A stretch of DNA of 64,000 bases from Epithemia pelagica (Eukaryota > Protista > Bacillariophyta). A program made the position numbers and the translations under genes. The stretch is taken from positions 5,456,001 through 5,520,000 of the forward strand of contig OX337228.1 of the NCBI GenBank assembly GCA_946965045.2, in the 5' to 3' direction. How positions within the stretch are numbered: position 1 is the stretch's first letter; every line of letters starts with the position of its first letter. Below are positions 44,701 to 53,013 of this stretch, piece by piece. The notes below the pieces were generated by a model. That model made no database searches, had not been told where the DNA came from, and was given only the letters and a program-made list of their open reading frames with translations.

Positions 44701-47700
44701 GTCCACAATTTCTGCTGTTGAAGGTTCAAGATATTCTTCTATGTTGGAGTTGGATTCCAAGGGTTGTGTTTGTGAGGAGCTCTTAACAATATCGAGGCAT
44801 GACTCTGAGATCGCATCGCCCTCTATTTCCACCGTCGATGGATCAAGAGATTCTTCCACGTTGGACCTTGATTCCAAAGGCTGAGTTTGTGTCGAACTCT
44901 TTATAATATCGAGACATGAATTTGATTTCCAAGTAGGCGTCGTCTCAATGTGATGATGAGGGTCTTTATCATCTGAGAGTTGGTGGCAGAGATGAGCCCT
45001 ATGTGCGTCAGATAAGGCGGGTGTTTCTCCCATTGAGCTTTCGACGGCAGTGGCAGAATCAAGGAGTGCATCACCATGTAGCATCGCAACCGAAACCGAG
45101 GGTGAATGAGATTCTGTGTCCACGTTCTTCAACATTACTTCACTGTCAGAATTGATTGCGCTTGCTCTGTCATTGTCGTTTTTATCAATGACGGATAGGA
45201 TTTCTTGTGACCTCAATCCGGTGTCGGAAGTGGATTCGTGCAAACGGTTATCCTCAGGTATATGACCTGGCACGACGTTGCATGTAGCGTCGAAAATCGC
45301 GGAAGCCGTGCTCGGAACTTCTGTCGTATCGACACGAGCATCGTGAAAAGGTTCATGTAATAGTGCTGTAGAGCTCGAGGCAGTGTGGTTAGAACTCAAA
45401 CTTTCCAACTTTTCTGTGCCCGATCCATCTTTACCGACGACATGATGTGCGTTTGACGTGTCACCGAAACCATCGTCGTCTCTGTTATTGATAACCTTTC
45501 TTTCTCCAGAGGTGCCATCACTTGAATTTGTCGTTATTGTGTCAAGGAGCTTGTCGACATCTTCGTTTTCAGCTTCTTCACTTAAGATGGTCGGGATAGA
45601 GGAAAGAACGCGTTCAATGTCCGATTCTGACGTAACCATCCCAAGATTCACAGTATTCATTGGTGAGCAAGGCGGAGAACTCTTATTTTCTGGCCTTAAG
45701 TCTTCGGCACCAATCTCCACGACTGACTCTGACTGGACGCCCGTTTTGTTGACAACAGATTCCACCGAACAAATCATAGTATCTCTCGTTATCCTTGACA
45801 TAGCACCATCAGGTGAGAGAGGAATGAGTTTGTCCACTGCAGTGTGATCCAATGCATCTTTCTCTGGTTGTGGTTCGCCACAACTGTCAGCACTACTGCG
45901 GGCATCGACGAGTGCTGGTGCATCCGCTGTGCAGTATTCTTTTCCCTTCAAAGTTGGGGAATCTTCGTTTCCATTTCGGTCTGTCTCTATCACCGGAAAA
46001 CATGGTGGTTCCGTGGGCATATATTCCTTCTCTTCGGATTTCGCATCGGCTATATCAACCTCGTCACCAACAGCAGACGGCTTAACTTCACTAGAAAGAG
46101 GGGATTCGTCCCCGCACTGCGAAGAATCATATTTCGGTTCAATCTCATCGGGTCGTTCAGACAAATCAACCATTCCACTGGTTTCTTGCGATTCAGCTTG
46201 TGCGTCCATGTCATCACTAGTAGCTTCCAGTGGGTTAAGCCCAGAATCTGTTTCCATCTCGACACGGTTGTTTGCCAATGGCTCGTGACTACTTTTCCTA
46301 GAAGCACTTTGCTGCTCATCGTTGATATGGACTGCCGTGGAGGATTCAACGGCGAGTTCCTCTCCCTTGAACTCAGAATCACTTGTCGAAGTGATATCGA
46401 CTTCAAGGCTTACAGTAACATTTCCCTTTTGTTTTGTAGGACCACATGGAAACTTGTGACTGTCATTTTTGTTTGTCTTTTCCATAGTCTCGGACAAGCT
46501 AGAATCATGTGGAATCCAAGCTGATGAAAAATGATTTTCTTGAGCATGAGCCAGCGCCGTGGCGGAGCCATCATTATTCTCAACTCCATCCATCTCTTCT
46601 CCAGTCAATTCACCTTGCTGTGCTAGAATATTGTCAAAGTACATCGTGTTGTGGAAAGGAGGATTGGATGTAATTGCGTGATAACCCCCGTTAGACTCTG
46701 ACACAGGTGGGTTAACATTTGAATCGATGTCTGCTTCAAGTTCTCCGGAGTCTCTCTGCGAGAGAACGACATCGTCCTCTCTTCTCGGAACGATGCCACT
46801 TTCCGTACTACCAAGGGACATAACATTCAAACCCATGTTTTCAGCTGAAAACAAGTGCCCAGGTAAGGCCTCTGCTGGGCCGCCCATGTCTTTTTCATCC
46901 TCGGATTCGTCACTCGAGCTCCAGTAAGATAAATTCTCCGACGCCCCAGTCACTCTTATATGACGTGTTGACACAATGTCATCGGTAATAGTGTAGCTCT
47001 CTTGAGTATTTGATGATTCAACAGCAGGATCATGTGCCAGGACCAATTCTTCGGATGGTGTATCGGCCGCCGTACGGTTTGATGATACACTCTGTTGAAG
47101 ACTGTCCTGATATTGCCCCGTTATCTCTCTTGATAAGCCAGTATCTGATGGGTCAGGCTCACTGCCGTTTGAAACAGTGCAAGCTTCAGCGTCACCCTGA
47201 CAAATCAGAGTTCCTTTGTCGGGTTCCGCCATTGAGCCCTCTGCGTTGGAAGTCAACTCCTCATAATCGGAAGCATGGTCAGCGTTGACGGGTGAGTTAT
47301 TGTCATTCACATTAAGAGTTTCCAAAAATGTCGAATCGTTTGCCGAGAGAACATTGATATTGTCGCTTTTAGTTGTGATTTCTGGTGCTGATGAGACATC
47401 CGTAGTACTATCCCGGATATGGTATTGCTCTGCATGTACGTCTGCGACGGCACCAGCAGCGACGGATGGGATATCCGTGATGAGTTTATCTGAAGTTATA
47501 GAAGTTGGATCATCAACTATGTTTCTCATCGTGCTGTGAGATAACGCGACAGTTGGCACTTGGTGTTCCACCGTCGATGATTCATCGATTTTCCCGAGCA
47601 ATCGCTCTCCTTTTCCCATTTTGGTATCCCCTCTCTTGTAGTTTGGACCACGAGATGAATGTGAGCGCTGAGAAGACCTTGATTTTTTCTTTTTCTTTTT

Positions 47701-50700
47701 CATTCCAGCAGGCGGAGGTGGTGGCGGAGGCGGAATATCCGCAGAAACACCTTGGAGTTGCTGTTCCGGAGTCGCCGTATCTGGTGTTTTAGGGGGAATT
47801 GTACTATCTCTAATTTTCCCAACCCGCTCCGTCTGTTTATGGGAATTTTGATGTTTCTCCTTCTTCCGTCGACTTCGAGAACGTGATCGGCGTCGTCGAG
47901 CTTGTTGCGGAGGCGGTGGAGGAGGAGGCGGAGGCACTGACAACTGATGGTGATAAGATTTCTCCACTGGGATCCCGATTTGAGTAGAGGGTACTCCCGA
48001 CATAGATCTGCCGACAGCAATCGCGTCAGGATGCCCTTGGTCTTGATCACACGGACTCTCTACTTTTGTGTCAGGTGGCGCCATTTCATCTCGATGAAGC
48101 GGAGATCGACTCGAATCGGACCCAGAAGGTGCACTTTCAATTGATAAGAGGGGTTGCGATTGGGGTTGCATCATACTATGACGAGGACTTTGTGCATCAG
48201 CATGAGGAAGTGAACTGGGGTGTCCAATGGTTGATACAGTATTAGCGATGGAGGACGCGTCATCAAAGATGCATTTAGCCCTTTCGTAATCGTACGGTTC
48301 ATCATCAGAATCCGATACACTGATCCCCACCGCAGCATTCGCCGTCCGACGATTTTGTTGGTTTAAGTAGATGTCATCTTCCTCCGAATCATTTTTCACG
48401 TCTTTTGGGGTAGCTGGTGCTAAGTGATCCACGGTGATCATTTTTTGCAAGGTACCACTCATTTCGGTTTCGAGTGTGCTATGAGATTCAACGATGTCAA
48501 GAGTCGAGATCTCTTCATCTGAGGTGCAATGTAGTTCTGTCTTCAAGGTTGTGTCGTTGACAACAGGACGTTCCTTCGAGGAGCAATTTGACTTGAAACT
48601 ACTCATTTCATCCTCATGTGAAAAATCGACTGAAAGTTGTTCTTCCAAAGGAGCCGAATCCTTCTGTTCGGCTTCTTGCAATGGATACGGCATGTTGATC
48701 GCAAGCTCAGTTTCCACCTGATGAGCTTCTTCTAGGTCATCACTTAGAGATTCAGGAGAGGTGGGCGAAGCGACTTTGTTTGAAGAATCACACAAGGGAA
48801 TCGTATGCTGTTCAACTTTGTCTTTCTTCGATGCCAGTTGAAGAAATTCCATCTCACTGTCGCAATCTTCGTCGTCATCCTTGGCAACAAGATTTTCTTC
48901 CATGGTTGTTTGTTTAGCGGTGGAAATTGATAAAGGGTCATTATCGGTGCGTTCTACAAACTCATCTGTCCTGTTGTCAGACAAGGGGCCGGACATAAAA
49001 GTCGAGAAAACAACTGTATCGACTGCGGCCGTCCTTTCTGTCAACACATCATCAACAAGCCAAGTGTCGCTACTCAAGCTGTTCGGTGGTCGTTTCGCTT
49101 CTTCGCTTTCTTGATACAGGGACGTGTTGCCTGAAGCTGAATCTGCTCCTTTCGGGTAAACGAAGCCGGCGCTATCATAGGACCAGCTACTTCGACTGAA
49201 GTCGACCCAATTTCCGTCTTCTTTAGTTTCGTCGGCAGAGGATCTGGGCATGTTGCTTTCTTGAGAAACATTGGACCATCCAAATGTTTCTACATGGGGC
49301 GGTCTAAAAAAGCCATCAGCATCTACACCAAAACCATCAGTTTGCTGGACCTTGTCTGGTTTCAACAATGAACCGGAGTTGGGCGGGGAAGAGCCACGAG
49401 ACATAGTGTCACTCTCGTCCACTCCGACATCCAGAGGGCTGTCGGGATTTTGACGCTTGCTAGACTCTTCGGTCGAATCTGAGGAAGTGCTATCGACTGG
49501 TTCATCCAGTTGTGGATCGTCAATTTCACTTCCATTGTCATTTTCTTGAATAGAAGTGGACTGGAGCTGCTCATCATCCTGGACCTCCATGGACGTACTA
49601 TTCTCTTCAACACTATGATTTGGTATAGGAAGATGCTGCCCGTGTTGCGTAACGTTACCGTCCGATTTCGCATCAGATGATATATTGACAGCACCGAAAT
49701 TATCAGATGACTCATCTCGAGGTTTAGTGGGGCTGGGCTCCAACCCTTTGGCTCGAAAATCCATGGCCGCCTTCCAATCATGGATTGATCCTAACTTTCT
49801 TTGTCGTACAGGAGACGAATTTCTCTTGCTTTCGCTGGCTCCATCAGATGTGGGGTTTTCTTCGGGTTTGACTGCGCGATTCAGACACTCAGCTGCTTCT
49901 GGGGTAGCCACTTTGGCAGACGGAGATTCATGACTATGAGAGACTTGGTCAACTTTTGATGGCTTAGCATTTCCGGGTCGTACTCCGGTTCTTCGTGAAG
50001 AATCTTGGGGGACCCCATCAAAGGAAAGAAACTCAGATTGGATTGCACCAAGCAATGTTGACGCCCCCGACACGGTAGAACTTGGTGAATGTGGTGTGGG
50101 TTGTAGATTCTTTTGAAGATTTTCGTTTCGTGCGGGAGAAGGCGAACGTTGCCTACGAGAAGGCGAACGATCCAATACCTCACTTTTAATCGTAACAGCG
50201 GAAGAACGACTCCGTGATTGTCCACTGGTCTCATTGTTCGACAATGATCCGCTGGCACTTCTTGTTCTCCTCGGTGCGATGAGCCGCGAAACCTCCCGTG
50301 CGCCTTCATTTCCACCAGCCCCCTCGTCGGTAGAGGCTCTCCCAAGCAACCGCATGCTTCGTGCAGCGTAATCCGTCGAGTCGTTCTTTTTTCTCAGGTT
50401 ATGAGAAGAGGTTCTGGGGACCTCAGTGGGCCATGAAGAAGACTCGGAAGAAGGGCCATTGGAAACTGAAAGTCTACTTTTGTTTGCCTGATAGCTGTTC
50501 ATCTTTTTGAAGCGGGTTCGCAATGGTACCACTTCACGATTCATAGAGGGACTAGCAGCTTCGTCTCCATTCTTCTTTGTTTCAAGCACGCTTGTACTTT
50601 CTGCATTCTTTTCTTCGATATTTTTCTCTGGTTTTGTTTGGGATGTTCCAGCAGCATTTTGCTCATGAATCCCATGCCGCTTGTGTATTTTTTGCATGAG

Positions 50701-52392
50701 CACAGCTCTCATCCTCGGAGCCGAAGCAGACCTTGACAATACCTTGGTTCTGGGTGGTGTTTCAACTGATCCACTGTTGTTGGATTTATTTGACACGTCG
50801 GAAGGTGCCGGGGATAAAGCACGAGAACTCTGGGGTGAGAAGTACCGCTTGGAGACTAGCAACTCAGAGGTGAACGAGCCTTTTTGAGCGGTTTGTCTTC
50901 CGGGTCTGTTTCCAGGTGATTTTGTCAAGTGACCAGGCTCACCGTTATCGTGTTTGCCAGTCTTTTTTGCTTGCTCTGGTGCTTTCTTTTGGCCATGCAG
51001 AGGTTTCACACGACCTCCTAGAGGCTTGTAAGGCCTTAATACTCTTTCAGGAGGAGAACGAGGCAGCTGCGCAGACTGCCGTGTACCGACAGGTGTTCTT
51101 GGTCTGTTGTCTTGTTCTTTTGAAGTGCCATGGCTGTCGTCACTGTGAAGTCTTTTGGTAGCGCCTAAAAAAGGTTTTGTATACAAAGACGAGGGTTCAG
51201 GAGATTTGGCATCAGAGGTACGCTTTTCGACTGGTGTTGTCCGCCGCCCAATGTCAGGCGTCTTAGCTCTCTTGGTGTCATTTTTTACGCCCGCCTTCAG
51301 AGTTTGGGATTGAGTTTTGATTGCTTCAGGAGACAGCATTGCAATTCGCCTGTAATCAGAGGTCACCATCCTCTTTGCCTTGTCGGGTGTGGAAACTTTG
51401 GTGTTGACTTCCGCACTGCTTTTCGAATTGTTGTCAACATTCGACTTGACTGTTGCGTTCTTCTTTAAAAGCGACCTTCGGCGGAGCGAAGAATAGGACC
51501 CGGAAGCATTGGACGTAACAACAGCCTTTTCATCTTCTTCCGATTTCTTCTCATCGACAGTACCTGCATCGTCATCACCCGGAGTGCGCTTTTGTGGAAC
51601 CGACATTGCACTGCGGTTCCATGCTTTCATCTGCAAACTGGTCTTGCCATCTTTGAATGATGCGGCTTCTTTGCCACTGTCTTTGAGCGGGGCGATTTTC
51701 CCCGAATCGGGCGGAGCTGTTATTGAGGAGGAAGGATCCGGAGTTGATCTAGAGAGGCTAAGTCGACGGCGTTGGACTAGTTTCTGCATGCCAGGCGAGG
51801 CAATACACGTTTCTCGCCGTTGCGATAAGGTTGTCTGATTTGAATCTTTCTCTTCTTCTTTTTTGACCACTTCGCGTCCAACATCAGCAGCGACGTTACT
51901 TCGAGTTTTATAACGTTGAAAAGTAGGCTTGTTTGCATCCGAGGCCTGGACTTTGTCATCATTAGTCTTGTAATCAACTACGCCTGTTTTTGTATCGCTT
52001 GCCGGTGAAGCAGGTTGGAACCGTCGATTTGGAAACTGATTTCTTTTGCCATGGGTATCAAGCAACTTTTGAACAGTGGCTCTTGTGCTGGTTCCGCCAG
52101 CGGTGTTCGACAAGCTTTTCTGCGCAGCTTCGTCCGGTCCTCCTGAGCTTGCGTCTCCAATCTGTTGAGGCGATGCCCCTACATTTCCCCTTCTTCTTTC
52201 GGCAATAGAAAATCTGGACGGAGAGGGACCTGAACTTGACAGCCCCTGTGTCTTTTCATTTGGGGCTTGTGCTGTTGTCGACGACGATGATTGGTCCGTT
52301 CCACTATTTCTCTGAACAGAAAGCCGCTGTTGAACGTTGTGCAGATCACCAGATATTCGTCTCCTCCTCGATGAAAGAGATTCCTGAACCAT
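41779..52392 (-). CDS. Giant (3537 aa) single-ORF protein with C-terminal Rab-GAP TBC domain
   Basis: Uninterrupted 10.6-kb ORF. TBC catalytic motifs VIERDVSRSF (IxxDxxR) and YCQGMDYV (YxQ), plus WFQTLF and HMWDIWL. About 3000 aa of disordered S/E/D-rich sequence upstream with poly-Pro/basic motifs. Confidence 0.9.
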   Translation of the reverse strand: MVQESLSSRRRRISGDLHNVQQRLSVQRNSGTDQSSSSTTAQAPNEKTQGLSSSGPSPSRFSIAERRRGNVGASPQQIGDASSGGPDEAAQKSLSNTAGGTSTRATVQKLLDTHGKRNQFPNRRFQPASPASDTKTGVVDYKTNDDKVQASDANKPTFQRYKTRSNVAADVGREVVKKEEEKDSNQTTLSQRRETCIASPGMQKLVQRRRLSLSRSTPDPSSSITAPPDSGKIAPLKDSGKEAASFKDGKTSLQMKAWNRSAMSVPQKRTPGDDDAGTVDEKKSEEDEKAVVTSNASGSYSSLRRRSLLKKNATVKSNVDNNSKSSAEVNTKVSTPDKAKRMVTSDYRRIAMLSPEAIKTQSQTLKAGVKNDTKRAKTPDIGRRTTPVEKRTSDAKSPEPSSLYTKPFLGATKRLHSDDSHGTSKEQDNRPRTPVGTRQSAQLPRSPPERVLRPYKPLGGRVKPLHGQKKAPEQAKKTGKHDNGEPGHLTKSPGNRPGRQTAQKGSFTSELLVSKRYFSPQSSRALSPAPSDVSNKSNNSGSVETPPRTKVLSRSASAPRMRAVLMQKIHKRHGIHEQNAAGTSQTKPEKNIEEKNAESTSVLETKKNGDEAASPSMNREVVPLRTRFKKMNSYQANKSRLSVSNGPSSESSSWPTEVPRTSSHNLRKKNDSTDYAARSMRLLGRASTDEGAGGNEGAREVSRLIAPRRTRSASGSLSNNETSGQSRSRSSAVTIKSEVLDRSPSRRQRSPSPARNENLQKNLQPTPHSPSSTVSGASTLLGAIQSEFLSFDGVPQDSSRRTGVRPGNAKPSKVDQVSHSHESPSAKVATPEAAECLNRAVKPEENPTSDGASESKRNSSPVRQRKLGSIHDWKAAMDFRAKGLEPSPTKPRDESSDNFGAVNISSDAKSDGNVTQHGQHLPIPNHSVEENSTSMEVQDDEQLQSTSIQENDNGSEIDDPQLDEPVDSTSSDSTEESSKRQNPDSPLDVGVDESDTMSRGSSPPNSGSLLKPDKVQQTDGFGVDADGFFRPPHVETFGWSNVSQESNMPRSSADETKEDGNWVDFSRSSWSYDSAGFVYPKGADSASGNTSLYQESEEAKRPPNSLSSDTWLVDDVLTERTAAVDTVVFSTFMSGPLSDNRTDEFVERTDNDPLSISTAKQTTMEENLVAKDDDEDCDSEMEFLQLASKKDKVEQHTIPLCDSSNKVASPTSPESLSDDLEEAHQVETELAINMPYPLQEAEQKDSAPLEEQLSVDFSHEDEMSSFKSNCSSKERPVVNDTTLKTELHCTSDEEISTLDIVESHSTLETEMSGTLQKMITVDHLAPATPKDVKNDSEEDDIYLNQQNRRTANAAVGISVSDSDDEPYDYERAKCIFDDASSIANTVSTIGHPSSLPHADAQSPRHSMMQPQSQPLLSIESAPSGSDSSRSPLHRDEMAPPDTKVESPCDQDQGHPDAIAVGRSMSGVPSTQIGIPVEKSYHHQLSVPPPPPPPPPQQARRRRSRSRSRRKKEKHQNSHKQTERVGKIRDSTIPPKTPDTATPEQQLQGVSADIPPPPPPPPAGMKKKKKKSRSSQRSHSSRGPNYKRGDTKMGKGERLLGKIDESSTVEHQVPTVALSHSTMRNIVDDPTSITSDKLITDIPSVAAGAVADVHAEQYHIRDSTTDVSSAPEITTKSDNINVLSANDSTFLETLNVNDNNSPVNADHASDYEELTSNAEGSMAEPDKGTLICQGDAEACTVSNGSEPDPSDTGLSREITGQYQDSLQQSVSSNRTAADTPSEELVLAHDPAVESSNTQESYTITDDIVSTRHIRVTGASENLSYWSSSDESEDEKDMGGPAEALPGHLFSAENMGLNVMSLGSTESGIVPRREDDVVLSQRDSGELEADIDSNVNPPVSESNGGYHAITSNPPFHNTMYFDNILAQQGELTGEEMDGVENNDGSATALAHAQENHFSSAWIPHDSSLSETMEKTNKNDSHKFPCGPTKQKGNVTVSLEVDITSTSDSEFKGEELAVESSTAVHINDEQQSASRKSSHEPLANNRVEMETDSGLNPLEATSDDMDAQAESQETSGMVDLSERPDEIEPKYDSSQCGDESPLSSEVKPSAVGDEVDIADAKSEEKEYMPTEPPCFPVIETDRNGNEDSPTLKGKEYCTADAPALVDARSSADSCGEPQPEKDALDHTAVDKLIPLSPDGAMSRITRDTMICSVESVVNKTGVQSESVVEIGAEDLRPENKSSPPCSPMNTVNLGMVTSESDIERVLSSIPTILSEEAENEDVDKLLDTITTNSSDGTSGERKVINNRDDDGFGDTSNAHHVVGKDGSGTEKLESLSSNHTASSSTALLHEPFHDARVDTTEVPSTASAIFDATCNVVPGHIPEDNRLHESTSDTGLRSQEILSVIDKNDNDRASAINSDSEVMLKNVDTESHSPSVSVAMLHGDALLDSATAVESSMGETPALSDAHRAHLCHQLSDDKDPHHHIETTPTWKSNSCLDIIKSSTQTQPLESRSNVEESLDPSTVEIEGDAISESCLDIVKSSSQTQPLESNSNIEEYLEPSTAEIVDDAISDSSIVIVKRSSQTQSLPSDPNVEENLEQSTPEVVDEASLDLVKSSSQTQSLQSNPDAEESLEPMMAEVDDVEEENNLPMQPHETNTTQTTFALSSSGLHAADAIGDIDTGNASGSYDSGVNGFHNEPGSTNLRVRHSGGSGDIDLGINHLEKEPNVETYGGSRSKGDGGELHGELLESKDETDEQQVPTISVHEEESGPQITSDTTTKAIARSDVESHSYGPVEVDIVPGEQTEPSTNDPYKNSICDKAVLATCNSETSQENHSIGSTEIEANAIGESFSSQAALSKLSAKYGSLLHGVDDESDRVNDILSGGTYQMELPTNALPMIPDPPVGTPSSSCREEYDTMKKKSSDVLIESEDQPLTPRHVSTDETASPSAMMAHVDLRENHPLGEDHLPASTSKILHDEKMAEKIDKAISVAAERFYGSPFPSLPLKEEAELPLAVSAQSPPRDSVQGKDLHFHQEEKTPRAKTRVEKTLIFPPGHPSPFEKCIGVSPRVLGTILSFLGDPAAVCKVKAVNRQCRSFVEEHMHDLIQQAVRLGGISMRMRPAFWIWVAMEQFSEASRDLRACAAEGESTELERLERKGRTGKWHQVIERDVSRSFGNLPPHKTGARLRTDSIVRALVTWGKSRTLKRGVKGTGNPPPPSRDPSQDEHDDSDSVSLAPTDTVSDWGGVTPVGSFANMSFELDAEKKGPEVVIGAKVNDEMALSGNALTEATKAILQEKLSFVLHALAAAHPEVGYCQGMDYVVAHLLRLMQETVRWGVAYKRLPGVIQLAPDVEIKPTTSDDEVAEILAKIDGSLVVEESCFRMMDIFFTAYNLGHFYWPELRCLKTCCLVFEKLIQIKLPVLADHFEHHELNVGLFALGWFQTLFLYLPSMPTATVSHMWDIWLVERSFKIFFRVATAILFLSQPILLNHELDGMMSYLNTFPDATLLSPDILIACALQIKVTNKLLMELELQVAEGASEGV
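44470..44919 (-). repeat. About 4 degenerate 39-aa (117-bp) coding tandem repeats within the TBC protein
   Basis: SCLDIIKSSTQTQPLESRSNVEESLDPSTVEIEGDAISE / SCLDIVKSSSQTQPLESNSNIEEYLEPSTAEIVDDAISD / SSIVIVKRSSQTQSLPSDPNVEENLEQSTPEVVDE / ASLDLVKSSSQTQSLQSNPDAEESLEP. Confidence 0.9.
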
Positions 52393-53013
52393 CTTTCCCT
52401 TTCATATGGCTAAGAGTCCAGCTTTCGTCGTTTTCAATAGTTCTTCACAAAGCGAGATCTTGCCACTCTAGGATTAGGACCCTCGGGCCTTGGGACATCT
52501 TCCTTCTTGATTGATGAATGATTGTCTGCCGCTCGCAAAAAAATTTCGTGAGCGCATCGGCAAAAACAATCGGCACGCTGGAACGAAATGAATGGGCTAT
52601 AATGATCTTGAGGTATCCGCTTAAGTATGCAACAACTGACAGAGATGCTATTTATGAAACCAATGCAGGCATAAGTTAAGGGCACATAAATCGACAAAAT
52701 TATAACGATAACTTACCGGCCAGTTCCCAAAAACACTGCCAAAATCACAGACGAACAGATTAAAAAACGAGCTGTTGGGAGCGCGCACGCCAGAGGCCCA
52801 AGCGTTGGACGCGTTAACCACGATCCGTGATCCGATCAAGGAGGTGCGAATAGACTATGAGTGGAGAGCTCCTGCTCCTCCTAGCTAGCAACCGGAGGAC
52901 TCCTAAGTTATTCCTACTCTTACTCCTAGGTAGGAGTAGTAGGAGTAATGGAGAACTCCGGTCTTCGCTATAATACCTTTTGTATAAAGATGCACTGGCT
53001 TATTCATAATACT

